Assembly: GCA_965202585.1 (NCBI GenBank)
Contig: OZ241833.1
Location: forward strand, 17,794,001-17,858,000
Source: Thalia democratica
Taxonomy: Eukaryota
DNA length: 64,000 bases
Reading direction: 5' to 3'
Below, piece by piece: positions 50,885-62,501 of this stretch. Below the pieces are notes generated by a model. It was not told the DNA's origin, ran no database searches, and saw nothing but the letters and a program-made list of their open reading frames with translations. The position numbers and the translations under genes were made by a program. Position 1 is the first letter of the stretch. Every line of letters begins with the position of its first letter.

Positions 50885-53509
50885 ACTTATTGTATTTTTT
50901 ATTTTTTTGATAACTAAATAGCATTGTCTTAGAAAAAGGTTTTATTAAATCAAAAGAAAAGACAAAACACGATAATATTTTTAGTTGTTATGACTACATC
51001 CACTAGTTTTTCGATTTATTATTTAAATTTAACTTAAATTAAAAAGATTTTTTTCATAACAAATCAAACTATTTTGGTACAACGAGTTTTGAACAAATTT
51101 TAAAAATAAGTTTACAAAATTATTATCAAAATAAAAGTTATTATTTGTAGAAAGACAAATTTAGATAAACTTATCGATATTAAGTGTCTGGCCTTGAAAT
51201 TTTGCATAAACTATACACAAGTTATTTTGATAAGAAAATATTAGACTAAGGTACTACTGGTTATGAAGAAAAAAAAAAGCACGGTTGTTTCTTTTTACTG
51301 AAGCTTATTGACTTTCAGTTTTACAAATAAAAAAATTGAGGCAATGATGCGGAACCAAATTCAGATAAAAAATTTTTGTGAGGTTTTAGTATATTATGCT
51401 CTAATTTAGAATTTTTAACCATGAAGACAAACAAATAACTAAATAAAGAAACGTAAAATATTAAAATATTAAGATTAAAGTATCGTACACTTTCTTAAAC
51501 TATAAACAAAAATTTTAAGTAAAAATAAGTCTATCAATAAGTCTATAAGTTTTATAAATAGTTTTTGATAATTTATAGTTTTATTTTTAACAAACGTTGT
51601 AAAACTATTTGTAGTATTCTTTATTATGCTTGACCTTTTTTGAGAAAAATTAAATTTTCATATCTTTTTCCGAGCTAAAATGTTTTTTAGCAGGGGTAAA
51701 AATGTTTTGATTTTTGTTTTTAACAATTTAAGTTTAATTAAAATGCTTAAAGTTATTAAGAATTTTTTTAAAACACTTTCGTTCGTTCGTTCTTATAATA
51801 TATATTAAAAATAATCTTTATAAGTTCATTTTTAGCATTAAAGACTAAATTATTATTCATGTTATTTCTACTCAATTCGTTTTTTCTTGTATACCTTTAA
51901 TAATGGATAATGAGATTCTAAAGATAACTAGCAAAAAGAAAAACTTTAGTGTAGCTATAATTTTTTTGTCAACCATAGTGATTGAAACTAAAATTAGACC
52001 CTGATTTGAATGTCTAGCCCAAAAATTTCAAGCTTACTTTTTTTTTTTTTAAAGTTTAATTACAAAATAACTGTTCAAAAATATAGGTTTAATAGTTTGC
52101 TAACAAAAGAAGTGAAATAACTAGTTGAAATAACCTCATTTATATTGTGACGTAATTATTAGATGAAATGAATGTATTTTTTTAATTCATAGACAACAGC
52201 AAAATTTGAATCAGTATTCCTTTCCATTAATGAGAGTGGTTTGTTTATATTATGATTTGTTGTTTTGTTGTGTATTTTAGTTTACTTTACTTATTTTAGA
52301 CTTAAAAATTACAAATATTTTATAGTTTTATAACAGTCGGATTTAATATTAAGTACTATTTATTAACTATTATGTTTAGAAATTATTTTATTTTAATGAA
52401 AATATGTATACACCTACTTTATTCTATGCTTCTATTCTTTCATTACAGCAATTTTTTTTACAGAACCCAGTTGAAGTGTGTTGATTCGTTAACACACATA
52501 AACATATGTTGGTACAGTAAAGGAAGATTACTGTACAATTTGTTTTTATTTAAAAACAAAATATAAATATACCCAAACATAAAAATTTAAAGCATTTTGA
52601 AACTTAAACAATCAATTTCAATTTATAAGCATTACATTTTTACATTCATTTTCGTTAAATAAATAACTACTTATAATAAGTAACTTTTATAATATGAAGA
52701 TTCAAAGTTTCAGTATAGCTAATTTAGAAATCATCTATACTTACAGTTTGAATTAAAAATCTGATTAAAGTTAGTGTAGGGATTCCTTTTAATAAATAGA
52801 CTCTTGCAAATCAAAATTTTGTTTATAGGCTCTCATAGTCCAATAAATATTTTTGGTTTTTTTTTTTTTGTATTAAAGTCATTAGATTATTTATCTATTT
52901 GATGCCAGTAAAAAAATAACAAAACAAAGTTGACTGTGTCCAGAAAAAAATTAATTATCAACTTTTATCTACAAAGTTTAAATAAAACTTCAGTTAGAAA
53001 ATAAAGCAAATCTGTGAATGTAAAAATTTTGTTTAAAAAAGTATTTTTTTAATCTAAAAAACCTTTTTGTTTAATTAGTAGCACGAGTCCAAAAATCGGT
53101 TTAGAGCTGCCTCTAACCCACATCTTGCTAAATTATACTGTTTTTAAAACTAAACATTAAGTATCAATATATTTCTACAAACAGTTTACAGTAAATATTT
53201 AAGTACATTTCCTATATATTTTGTATCTAATACATATTGCAAAGTTGTTTATACTATAAAATTATTATATTACAGTTAAAAAAAAACATAAAATACTGTA
53301 TACAGATAGATAGTGTGTGTAAGTTTTTTTGTTAAGTATGCGTTAACATTTTTTCACAATATAAACAGCTGGTATATTTTGGTTGCCAAACACTTCTCAT
53401 CAAAATATAGTAAGGAAATATCACGGTTTTATTTAAAATATTTTATACTTATTTAACAAAAACGATACTAGATTGTGTAATTTTTAAATAGTCATTAAAT
53501 AGCAATTAA

Positions 53510-53626
53510 TTACTATACATTTCTAAATAAATTTATCTTTCTTGATTGAGTTTATTCACAAACTAATTACAAGAATGATAGAGTCTGTATTACAAAACAT
53601 AGTTAAAGTAGGTAAATACTTATACA
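53510..53626 (-). repeat. 3' LTR (outer end degraded), preceded by PPT at 53627-53636
   Basis: Minus strand reads CTGGGGGGAGA|TGTATAAG; matches the 5' LTR. Confidence 0.85.
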
Positions 53627-54631
53627 TCTCCCCCCAGATTTTATCTACGAAGGAGATAAAATGGTAAATTTACCTAGCAAAACAAAATTATTTTAAAATA
53701 ATTTGTTACAACTTAAACACATTTTTCAGGTCTAAAATTCAACGAAACTAAACTCAAAAAGACAAAACATTTAAAAAATTACGATTAACTTAGTTCACTA
53801 CTAAATGATTTGTTAAAACAAACTACAACTTAAACAAACAAACTGTTACAAAAATTTGAGACTTAATCTTAACTTTTCTTCACTTTGCTGAATACAAACA
53901 TTCAAAAACTTAATTGCTTCAGCGATTTAAACTTTTCAGCTTTGAAGAACGAAACCACACGTCACTCATCTAATTAACTTGAAACTTCACTTAATTTGCC
54001 GATAAACATCTTTATCATAATTTCGACTTCAAACAAAGTAGAATGTGCATTACTGATGGCATTAAACACTGAGGAAATACTGCTACACTTATTTTCCAAG
54101 TACTCGATACCAACTAATAGTTCTAATTTTTGAAAGTCAATCCCTGCGTCCTCATCCAAGATTACTTTGAACAGATGGCTGTTAGACAAGTCTGCTGCAA
54201 AGTCAACTACAAACTTTATGACGTCACCATTAGACTGAAACTTATTCATTAATTAGACCATAAAACATTAATTTACAGTGACCATTCCAACTTGACAATA
54301 AATGAATATCAGCAACATCAGTGTCACGAAGCTTTTGAAAAGCATCATAAAGTCTTACACAGAAACACTGCAGATAATCTGACAATTTCACACACTCATC
54401 CCGGACACATTATTGTTTGCAAGTAAACTTTGGTGGTCTGTTTGCTTTTCTGTATAAAATATAAGTCAAGAAAGTATAGATCAAAGCAACTCACTTTTGA
54501 AGAAAGTCATTAGTACAGAGGGAAATTACACAACGCTTATTCAAAAAGAATCTTCCTTCTGAAAAACACAGAACATCAAAATTTTTCTTGACATCTTTTT
54601 TTTTTTTAACCTTACCAGAAAAGACAAACTT

Positions 54632-54994
54632 TTACAGTGGTTTGTTTGCTTTTCTCAGATAAGGGATACTACTTATACATTTGCAAACAGGAGGGGTAAA
54701 TCTTCTTAGAAATTTACGATTTTGAACAGTTAAGCGACCTGATCCATCAACTTTGACAACACATTGATGACAGTCCTTCACTTCCACCACCACTCCACTT
54801 TTCCCCCACTTGCTAGGAAAGTTACCTGTTTGATTTAGTATCACGACATGATCACCGCAATTCAAAGGTGGCAAAGATTTTGTGTTCTCACTTATATTTT
54901 TTAGAGACTTAACAAAACGAATACTGAGAGATTCTTTCTTTTTATTCCAAATGTCACGCCCCATTTTTGAGATCTGCGGGTTATTGTAAGTCAT
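54632..54994 (-). pseudogene. Integrase C-terminal fragment of the LTR element
   Basis: TKSLPPLNCGDHVVILNQTGNFPSKWGKSGVVVEV...VVKVDGSGRLTVQNRKFLRRF matches the tail of gypsy-type integrases (LPPL..GD.V.IQNQ....P.KW...G.VVE...RNR.FLR). Confidence 0.8.
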
Positions 54995-55028
54995 AACACT
55001 CTTTCTGACTTAAGGTAATGACTTCTTA

Positions 55029-56129
55029 TCATTTGGAGGTAGGTGAGAATTGCTTTGGGATTTTTGCGGTTTTCGTCGCCACCCAGTGTGTATAAATACA
55101 TTTTTCTGTACCTGTACCTCCTTTTTCTTCTTGGCGTTTTTTACACTTGAACATATTTTTCCTACGACCTTGGCTGCAAAAGTTATCAAAGTTTTGTGTA
55201 TAAAATCCACTAACTACAAGTGCATTTGACTCATCAGCATAATTTTGGTGACTTTGATAAGCTTTTTTACGGGACTTTATCCAGCATTGTGTGCAGGCAA
55301 AACACTCAATATACCTCATACTTTTACTGCTCCAAACAAATTTATCAGTTGATTTTTTACATATGCCACAAGTTATTTTACCACTTGGTTTTTGTGTGGT
55401 TTTCTTTGAAGATTTGTATGAGAAAACTGAGGCTGTAACAGCGGGTTTTGACATTGCATCACGTGCCATCTCTTTACCTTCAATAAAACCGATTGTCTCA
55501 TTGACATTTTTCTCATCTAGATTTTTCCATCCTAGTACCTCTTTACGGATATCCTCATCAGCTAAACCTGTTACCATGACATCTTTTAGAATTATGTCTG
55601 TAAAATCTATCATTTGATTACAGCCATCCTTTGGGCATTTACATGTGTACGAGCATGTACTGGCTTTTCCCTTTAAACGTGCAGCAAATGATCTAGTGTT
55701 TTCAGTCAAATCCTGTCTTGCACTAAGAAAGTCTGATCGTCGTACAACAACTAAAACAGGAATAACTGCAAGCTGCTTGATCATCCTTAAAAGCTCTTGC
55801 TCACTTAAATTTACTACATCTTCATGACCCTTTAGAAGAGCATCGCCTAAATCTTCCTCACAGCACTGGTAAAGTTGACGGCCTTTTTCTACTTCTGTCA
55901 TCTCCATGCTATCTTTGAAAATAGTCCACTTTTGTACAAATATATTCCAACCCTCTTCATTGCAGTCTGTCCCTATTCGAGGACGGTCCATCTTTGGAGG
56001 CTTTTGTTTTGAAGAACTTGCATAAATGTGAACGTTGTTGTGAATGATAAGCAAAGAAGCAACTACAGAAGCATCGACGTCAGGTGTTTCATATGTGCAA
56101 CTCTCAAGAGGGCATTTAATCACAGGCAT
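55029..56129 (-). CDS. Gag-like protein of the LTR element (366-aa ORF; last ~50 aa probably out of frame)
   Basis: MPVIKCPLESCTYETPD...LLIIH N-terminal Zn-binding-like motif, KQKPPKMDRP, capsid-like Q..E....F.ARL region and a CxxC...CxxC knuckle, located directly inside the 5' LTR. Confidence 0.8.
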   Translation of the reverse strand: MPVIKCPLESCTYETPDVDASVVASLLIIHNNVHIYASSSKQKPPKMDRPRIGTDCNEEGWNIFVQKWTIFKDSMEMTEVEKGRQLYQCCEEDLGDALLKGHEDVVNLSEQELLRMIKQLAVIPVLVVVRRSDFLSARQDLTENTRSFAARLKGKASTCSYTCKCPKDGCNQMIDFTDIILKDVMVTGLADEDIRKEVLGWKNLDEKNVNETIGFIEGKEMARDAMSKPAVTASVFSYKSSKKTTQKPSGKITCGICKKSTDKFVWSSKSMRYIECFACTQCWIKSRKKAYQSHQNYADESNALVVSGFYTQNFDNFCSQGRRKNMFKCKKRQEEKGGTGTEKCIYTHWVATKTAKIPKQFSPTSK

Positions 56130-56261
56130 TGTTGATTCAATTTAGCTATACTTTATCATAAATAAATATATCTTTCTTGGTTGAGTTTATTCACAAACTA
56201 ATTACAAGAATGATAGAGTCTGTATTACAAAACATAGTTACACTAGGTAAATACTTATACA
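56130..56261 (-). repeat. 5' LTR (132 bp)
   Basis: Starts TGTATAAG, ends AATCAACA; direct repeat of 53510-53626. Confidence 0.88.
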
Positions 56262-56790
56262 ATTTCGTTGAAATATTTTACTTTATTTAAAAAAAAAATT
56301 ACAAATTAGCTGTTTACGTATCAACATTAACAAACTTTAGAGAGCTTTTGGTAAACTATATTAGTGCAAACTTTCGGAACATGTTTTGTAATAGATATTA
56401 AAAAAAACTTCTTCAAATTGTTGAAATCAAAATGTTTATTTAAAATAAAGCTGATTAAGATTTTTCTTTTAAAAGTAAAAAGCTATGGTGGCAAATTTTT
56501 GAAAAGGACCCAGCTCAAAATACATAATCTCAATTTATATCAAATTAAGTTCGTTTCAAAAATATAAAACTAATTTTATAAAATCAAATATATATTTTTA
56601 ATTTACCTGTAAAATTATCGAAACTATATAAAACAGTAATTTAACAGGTCCGACCTTTTTTACTAATATACGAACCCTACCGGATCCTTATTTGATAAAA
56701 AACAGGATTGGAAAAGCCGAGAGTCAATTTTTTGTAGAAAAATACGTACTTATTGCAAAAATTTTGTGATCATGTTTTTATTGTAAGTTT

Positions 56791-57279
56791 GAAGCGGCCC
56801 GTGAAAGGTACAACCTGCTGCCCGCGAGCATGCAAATGTGGCCCGCAAATGAATTTATTTATATTTACATTATATATTTTGTAATTTGAAGAGAAGAGCT
56901 TATAAAAGTAAAATATTTTTTTAAAGAATAAAAGTAAATAAGTCCAGGTCAAACTTAAAAGAAACTTTAATTTTTTAATTTTACACTAGATATTTTAGGT
57001 ATGTAATAAAGGTTAAAAATTGAAAACACGACGATTGCGGCCTGCTAATGATTTATTTCTCGAAACTTGGTCCTCGACAACCAAATACCTGCCGACTACT
57101 GTTCTAGGGTATTTAAAAAATAATTTAATAAATCTCAGGTAAAATCACAGGAGATTAGATACACTTAAACTAGTTAATTCGCGCTCTATTATAAGGAGTG
57201 AAACTAAATTTACAACTGCGACCCGTGAGTTTTTTTTTCTTCGAAATTTGGTCCGCAACCACCAAATGCCTGCCGACTA
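56791..57279. mobile_element. Charlie/Buster-like hAT MITE remnants (right ends at 57101 and ~57279)
   Basis: Right TIR CCTGCCGACTACTG at 57101 followed by TTCTAGGG; second right-end copy TGGTCCGCAACCACCAAATGCCTGCCGACTA at ~57249-57279; same family as 23848-24152. Confidence 0.7.
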
Positions 57280-60200
57280 AGAGCCAAAAAACTAAAGAGC
57301 TGTCTTTCAATAACTTAATCTGTGTACACATAATTAAAACAATTTAAAGTATATCTTGTTATTCTTTAACTCAAGTAAAAGTACAAAAACAGAAATCACC
57401 TGGCTAATAAAAAAATACTTTTTCCTAGACTTTATTAGTTTAAGTTTAATAGCAGTACATTAATTTTGAAACTATTTTTGAAATTTTGAAAAGTACTAAA
57501 GTTTAAATAGCTAATGATATTGTTTAAAATAAATAAATTTAGGAACAAAGTCCTAAGATTTAACTGTTCTAAAAATATTAATTCCTTATAGGGCTAGTCA
57601 AAGATCTGAACAAGTTAGGTTTATTTAAAATTAACAATAACAAAACTTTTACGTATTTTTAAACTTACAACTGTATGGATTTTATACAAATCTCAGTACT
57701 TTACAAATTGTTGTTTTCTTTTGACAAATATATGTTTATATGTTCTAGAAGTTTCACAAAATACTTTTTTAACGTATACGTTGTGTGCTTTCTATACTTT
57801 CTAAATGAATATAAAATGCTGTATTTTATTAAAAAGCCGTTATTTATATCCTTTTTAAAATACATTTTAGACTAAGCTTACTTTCATGTCGTATTTTAAT
57901 TATATTTTGTGATTTTAAGAAGTGATATTTTTCAAGAAAATAATTTATTCTTTTGTAACAAGTCTACTTATTTAAAAATTCTAGATTGCTTTTATAAAAA
58001 GAAAATAAGATAGAACTTTCCCATAAAAAAAAACTAAAGTTCTACTTTTTTTAAAGGGGGAATATAAAAATATATGCAGATCTAGAAGCTAACTAATCAG
58101 TACATTCATAATCTTGATAAAAATCGGTGGTCAATGGCTAAATGTTGAGATTTAAGTAAATTGTTTTTTTAAGCTAGCTAGTATTTTGTATTAACTTTAT
58201 CTACATAATTTAATCATTAAATTTTATTTAAGAAATTGCATTGCAAACAAGTTGTCATCTGTTTGCTACAGTGGTTAGTTAACTGTGGTCCACATTCTGT
58301 ATATTTGCTATGTTTTTTTTGTTAATAAAATTAGTGCTAAAGTTTCTTCTTTTAAAAAACAACTTTGTACAAATTTTCTGTTGGAATAAGTCAGAGCTAG
58401 CTAGTTACAAAGCTTGAGCTAGTAAAAATGTTACTTAAGTGTTACTTGGTTGTAGGCGAAAATATTTTAATTTTCTAAATTTGAAATAATAAAACGGCAG
58501 TACGCGAACGAATGTGTTTATTTTAGTTTGTTTGTTAAATGAAAAATACTACCGACTACTTATAGGTAAGAAAAGTAAAAAAAAAAACCACACAGTTTGA
58601 TTATTTTTTATTTTTTGACTTGGTTTTTAGTTTTTTTTTAAGTTTGCTTAAACTTAAAAACGAACTTAAAAATACAAATACATTTATAAACTGTGTGGTT
58701 TTTTATTCAGACTATATTTTCAGACAGGAACACTTGTGTCCTTATTTATGAAATAAAAAATCGTTAAATTAATGTTTTGAGTATATTTAATGTAAGTTCT
58801 AAAATATTAAAGTATGAAATTGTATGCTTGGTTAATCTGTTTCTTTTTGTTTCTAGTGTACTATATAGGTTACATTTGTTTTAAATCACTTAAGCGTTAA
58901 CAGTTAATGACATCAATGCAAAAGCTACGGAAGCTCCGGATCTACCATATACGTTTTATTGCATGCTTGATTAGTTTAAAACACAATATAAGTATGCCAA
59001 CAAGCGAAACTGACACACTTTATTTATTATTGGAATAAGACAGTAGTATGAATCTTTAAAAACTGTAGTAGTTATATTAGTCAGAATATGCTTGACCGTG
59101 TTTAAATGTAAGGAATGGTGTTTGTGTTTAACATTTTAAGTGTTAATACAAAGACTAGAGATGTAGAAAAACAATTTACTAAAAAACCAAGTACTTTTTA
59201 AACTCATAAAATTTAGTACGAAAATAATTTTCAAGCCTAATAGTTTGCAAATCAAAAGTTCAATAAGTATTTAGTAAACTTAAGCGTGAGTTTTTTTAGT
59301 TGTTTAGGATTAATAGACTTTTAAAAAATTAACACGTGTAAGCAAAAAACAATGTTGTTAAGGCTAAAAGTTACTACAATAAACCTTTTGCTTAAAATTT
59401 ACTATCTAAAATTTACAAAATTATTTTTTTAATTATTTTTTTATATATATTGTTAATACATTCGATGTCAATAATATAACAATAAACAAAAAATTAGTTT
59501 AATAATTAAATAATAGTAGTGACTACTTTTAAGTTGATATAAGGAGGTTTTTCTATGGTGAACAGTTTTTGAGTTCATTAAACTAATAAACTGATAAAAA
59601 TTAAAGTCAATATTTTTTTGAAGGAACGACTCTTGAGGTTAGCACATCAAAACAAACTGCTTCAAGTTTTATCATTTTTTTATTTTAACATATGTTTTAT
59701 ATTTGCTTCATTGTCGAAACTCAACAATTTTTAAGTTAAAACATATTTTTAACTTGATTTTTTATACATGTGGCAATTATCAAAAAAAAGTCCCTGTCCC
59801 TGTGTAAAATTTAAGACGGTTCAAAGAAATGTCAAAAAAGTTTTTGATATTCTATATTTTTATATTTTTTTGTAAATAACAGTTTTTAATCAAAAGGTAC
59901 CTCCATAAGACCTTCTTTAGGCCGTTATAAAATTTTAATAGAGTTTTCATAGAGAATATATAATTGCATAATAAAAAGATTAGCTAAAAACTTAAAGTCA
60001 CATTTTTTAGCTCCCGTATAGTTCACATTGAGTTTGTTTTTCAAAGGGTTCTGGGCGGCAAGGTTGAGAGGTTAGCCAACAAAACTAAACTTTGTTTCTG
60101 ACCTTAAAACACAAGTTGGAACCTTTTTAGGGTTAACTAAGGAATTTGTTCAAAAAATTTAAAATAATACTTCCCCCTACTGTTACACAACAAAACATAG

Positions 60201-61569
60201 TACAGGTTTAACAAGTTCATTAAAAGTTTGTTTTCTAAATAGAGATCGATAAAGAGTTATAAATGTTATTACTAACAGTCTGGTGATATTTAGCGTTTAT
60301 ATTGAATTGAAACAAAGTGTTTTGCATAGTTATAAAGAAAATGTTTTCTTTTTTTTCTCTAAACATTTTAGAAATTAGATAAGTTCAGCTGGAATTTTTC
60401 TTTCTAACTAAATGCACTACTTTATTTGAAAACTAAGGCCTTATTAACTTTCATTAGAAAAAATAAAGTATCTACATACCTTTTTTCTGGGATATGATAT
60501 AGAGTACCTTAAAAAGAATTAAAATAGTTTTAAAAATAAATATTTTTTAATATTCTTTATAATGTTTCTTAATCTTCCAAAAAAGGTAGTTTTAGAGCAG
60601 TTTAAGAATATTTTAATGGTTTAACAGTTCAAAAATACCTTGCCTGATTATTTCCACAAGACAGATGATAAAATTGGGAGGCTAAAAATGAACTAACAGA
60701 AAACTCTGTTTTTTGAACATTTAATTTTTTTAAGATTTTTCAAGCAATATTTTAAAGCCTATTTACTTTACGTTTTTTAAACAAAGTATTAAATGATAAT
60801 TACAAATAAAATATAGAGTTTTAAAATGATTTATTTTATTTTTCGATACACAGTATACCATTTATAAAAAAAATTGGTAATAAGAGTAGTTGTAGAAAAG
60901 TATTTGAGGTATCTTTGGTAGCTTTTGTAAGCCGTTTTTAATTAAAGTTTTTGATAAATTTCTGTATAGCAAAATCTGGTTTAACTCAAGTTTCTATTAC
61001 TTCTAAGATACTTTAAATTAATAAAAATAAAAACTGTTTTGATACAAGAAACCGAAGCCTATCCAACTACGTATAACAGTTGTTTTGATTAGTCACCACA
61101 AAAGTCAATTTCCGCTTGACTTTTCTTTTCAGCTCAACGTGAGCTCAATTATCTAAAAATTAAATACAATTTAATAACATAATATCTTTTGTTGATTAAC
61201 CGTTAAACTATTTTAAATTTGACGTAAACTATGCGTGGTTTTAAAACAGATAACAAACAATCTGTGAAGCGTATAGCTACCGTTAATTGATTTAATTGTT
61301 TAATTGGAATGTTAAACTTGTTTTTAAATAATTTCATACTCATAGTAGCTTTAGTAAAACGAGTATAATAATATATTTTGAAATTTTAACTGATAAACTT
61401 TGGAATTAATTAACTAAAGATTAATTGAGCTGATACTTTATTATTGATATGAAAATTTTTAAGTATTTTTAATTGTTGTTTGAAGTATTTGCATAAAAAA
61501 ATTCAGAAAAATTAAAAAATATAATAGTAAACTAGGATTTTTAAGAAAAATATTAAACTACAAAGTTAA

Positions 61570-61732
61570 AAAGACGTTATTTCTTTGTGAGGTTGTAACT
61601 TCGTAATTTTTAATTATAACAAACAGCCCAAAGACAACATTTCTTTATAACCTTGTAACTTCGTAATTTTTCATTAAAAGAAACAACCCAAAGGCGTTAT
61701 TTCTTTATAACCTTGTAACTTCGTAACTTTTT
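61570..61732. repeat. Three imperfect tandem copies with a 60-bp period
   Basis: Core AAAG.C....TTTCTTT......TTGTAACTTCGTAA.TTTT recurs at 61570, 61630 and 61690. Confidence 0.9.
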
Positions 61733-62501
61733 ATCATTAGAAACCCTGGCCAGGGGCCTGGTTAACTTTGACTCGTACAATACAAAAGTCCCTGCATTAA
61801 GCAAAACTAGCTTATATGCAAAAATGACTCGAGAGAATTTGCTTTTCTCTCGGCGAAAATTTCCATTTTTGCGAAAATTTCCTACAATTTAATCAATTAC
61901 TTATGAAAAAACTCCCCAAAGCAAAGATGTGTCATATATTTTGAAAAGGTTGCTAAACTGACAAACTTGAAAAATTATATTTATTTTATACTATATAAAA
62001 AGGAAAGCTAGAGGACTTTGTCCTTACAAAACATTAATTTTAATTCGAAACCTTTACATTGCATAATGATAAGGTTAAACTTTTTAAACTACGTTAATGA
62101 ACTTGAAGTTAATATTCATTTTTTCCATTAATTTTCAATCTGCAATACTGTTTAGTTGAAGTACTCAATAGATATATTTTTCATTATAATCTTTTTTCTT
62201 TTCATTATAACTTAAGAAACTTTAATTAAATATTACTTTATGCATAAACTTTTACTTACTGGTTTCGATAAATAAATCCTTAAACAACTTTTATTTAAGT
62301 CATCAAGAGCTTTGGAGTGTAACATAAATTTTTGTAACAATTTTAAGATTGCTCCATAGCTATTTTATATCATTAAACTAGTCTCACTTACCCAGTTTAA
62401 AGACTGTTATTAGCTTTTAATTCAAAAGTAATCAATTTTAGTTATATAGAACTTTACTGATAATACAACTAACTTTCAGTGTGTAAAAAGTTTTAAAGAA
62501 T

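Larger units (their letters stand above)
53510..56261 (-). mobile_element. Internally deleted LTR retrotransposon (Ty3/gypsy-like), ~2.7 kb
   Basis: Two LTRs (56130-56261 TG...CA; ~53510-53626 with eroded outer end; 4 mismatches over the ~103-nt core), polypurine tract GGGGGGAGA abutting the 3' LTR, gag ORF and an integrase C-terminal fragment. PR/RT/RH/IN core absent; no TSD recovered. Confidence 0.9.

Noticed and set aside
55220-55827. Plus-strand ORFs of 72, 108 and 60 aa
   Set aside because: Antisense to gag; no independent features.
414-58000. Many 60-90 aa F/L/I/K/N-rich ORFs (e.g. 414, 1589, 31231, 38042, 43430, 44293, 52372, 56364, 57675)
   Set aside because: Composition reflects AT-rich intronic or intergenic DNA; no motifs and mostly non-ATG starts.
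61570-61732. Regularly spaced repeats as a CRISPR array
   Set aside because: Eukaryotic context, only three degenerate units, inter-repeat segments similar to each other, no cas genes.
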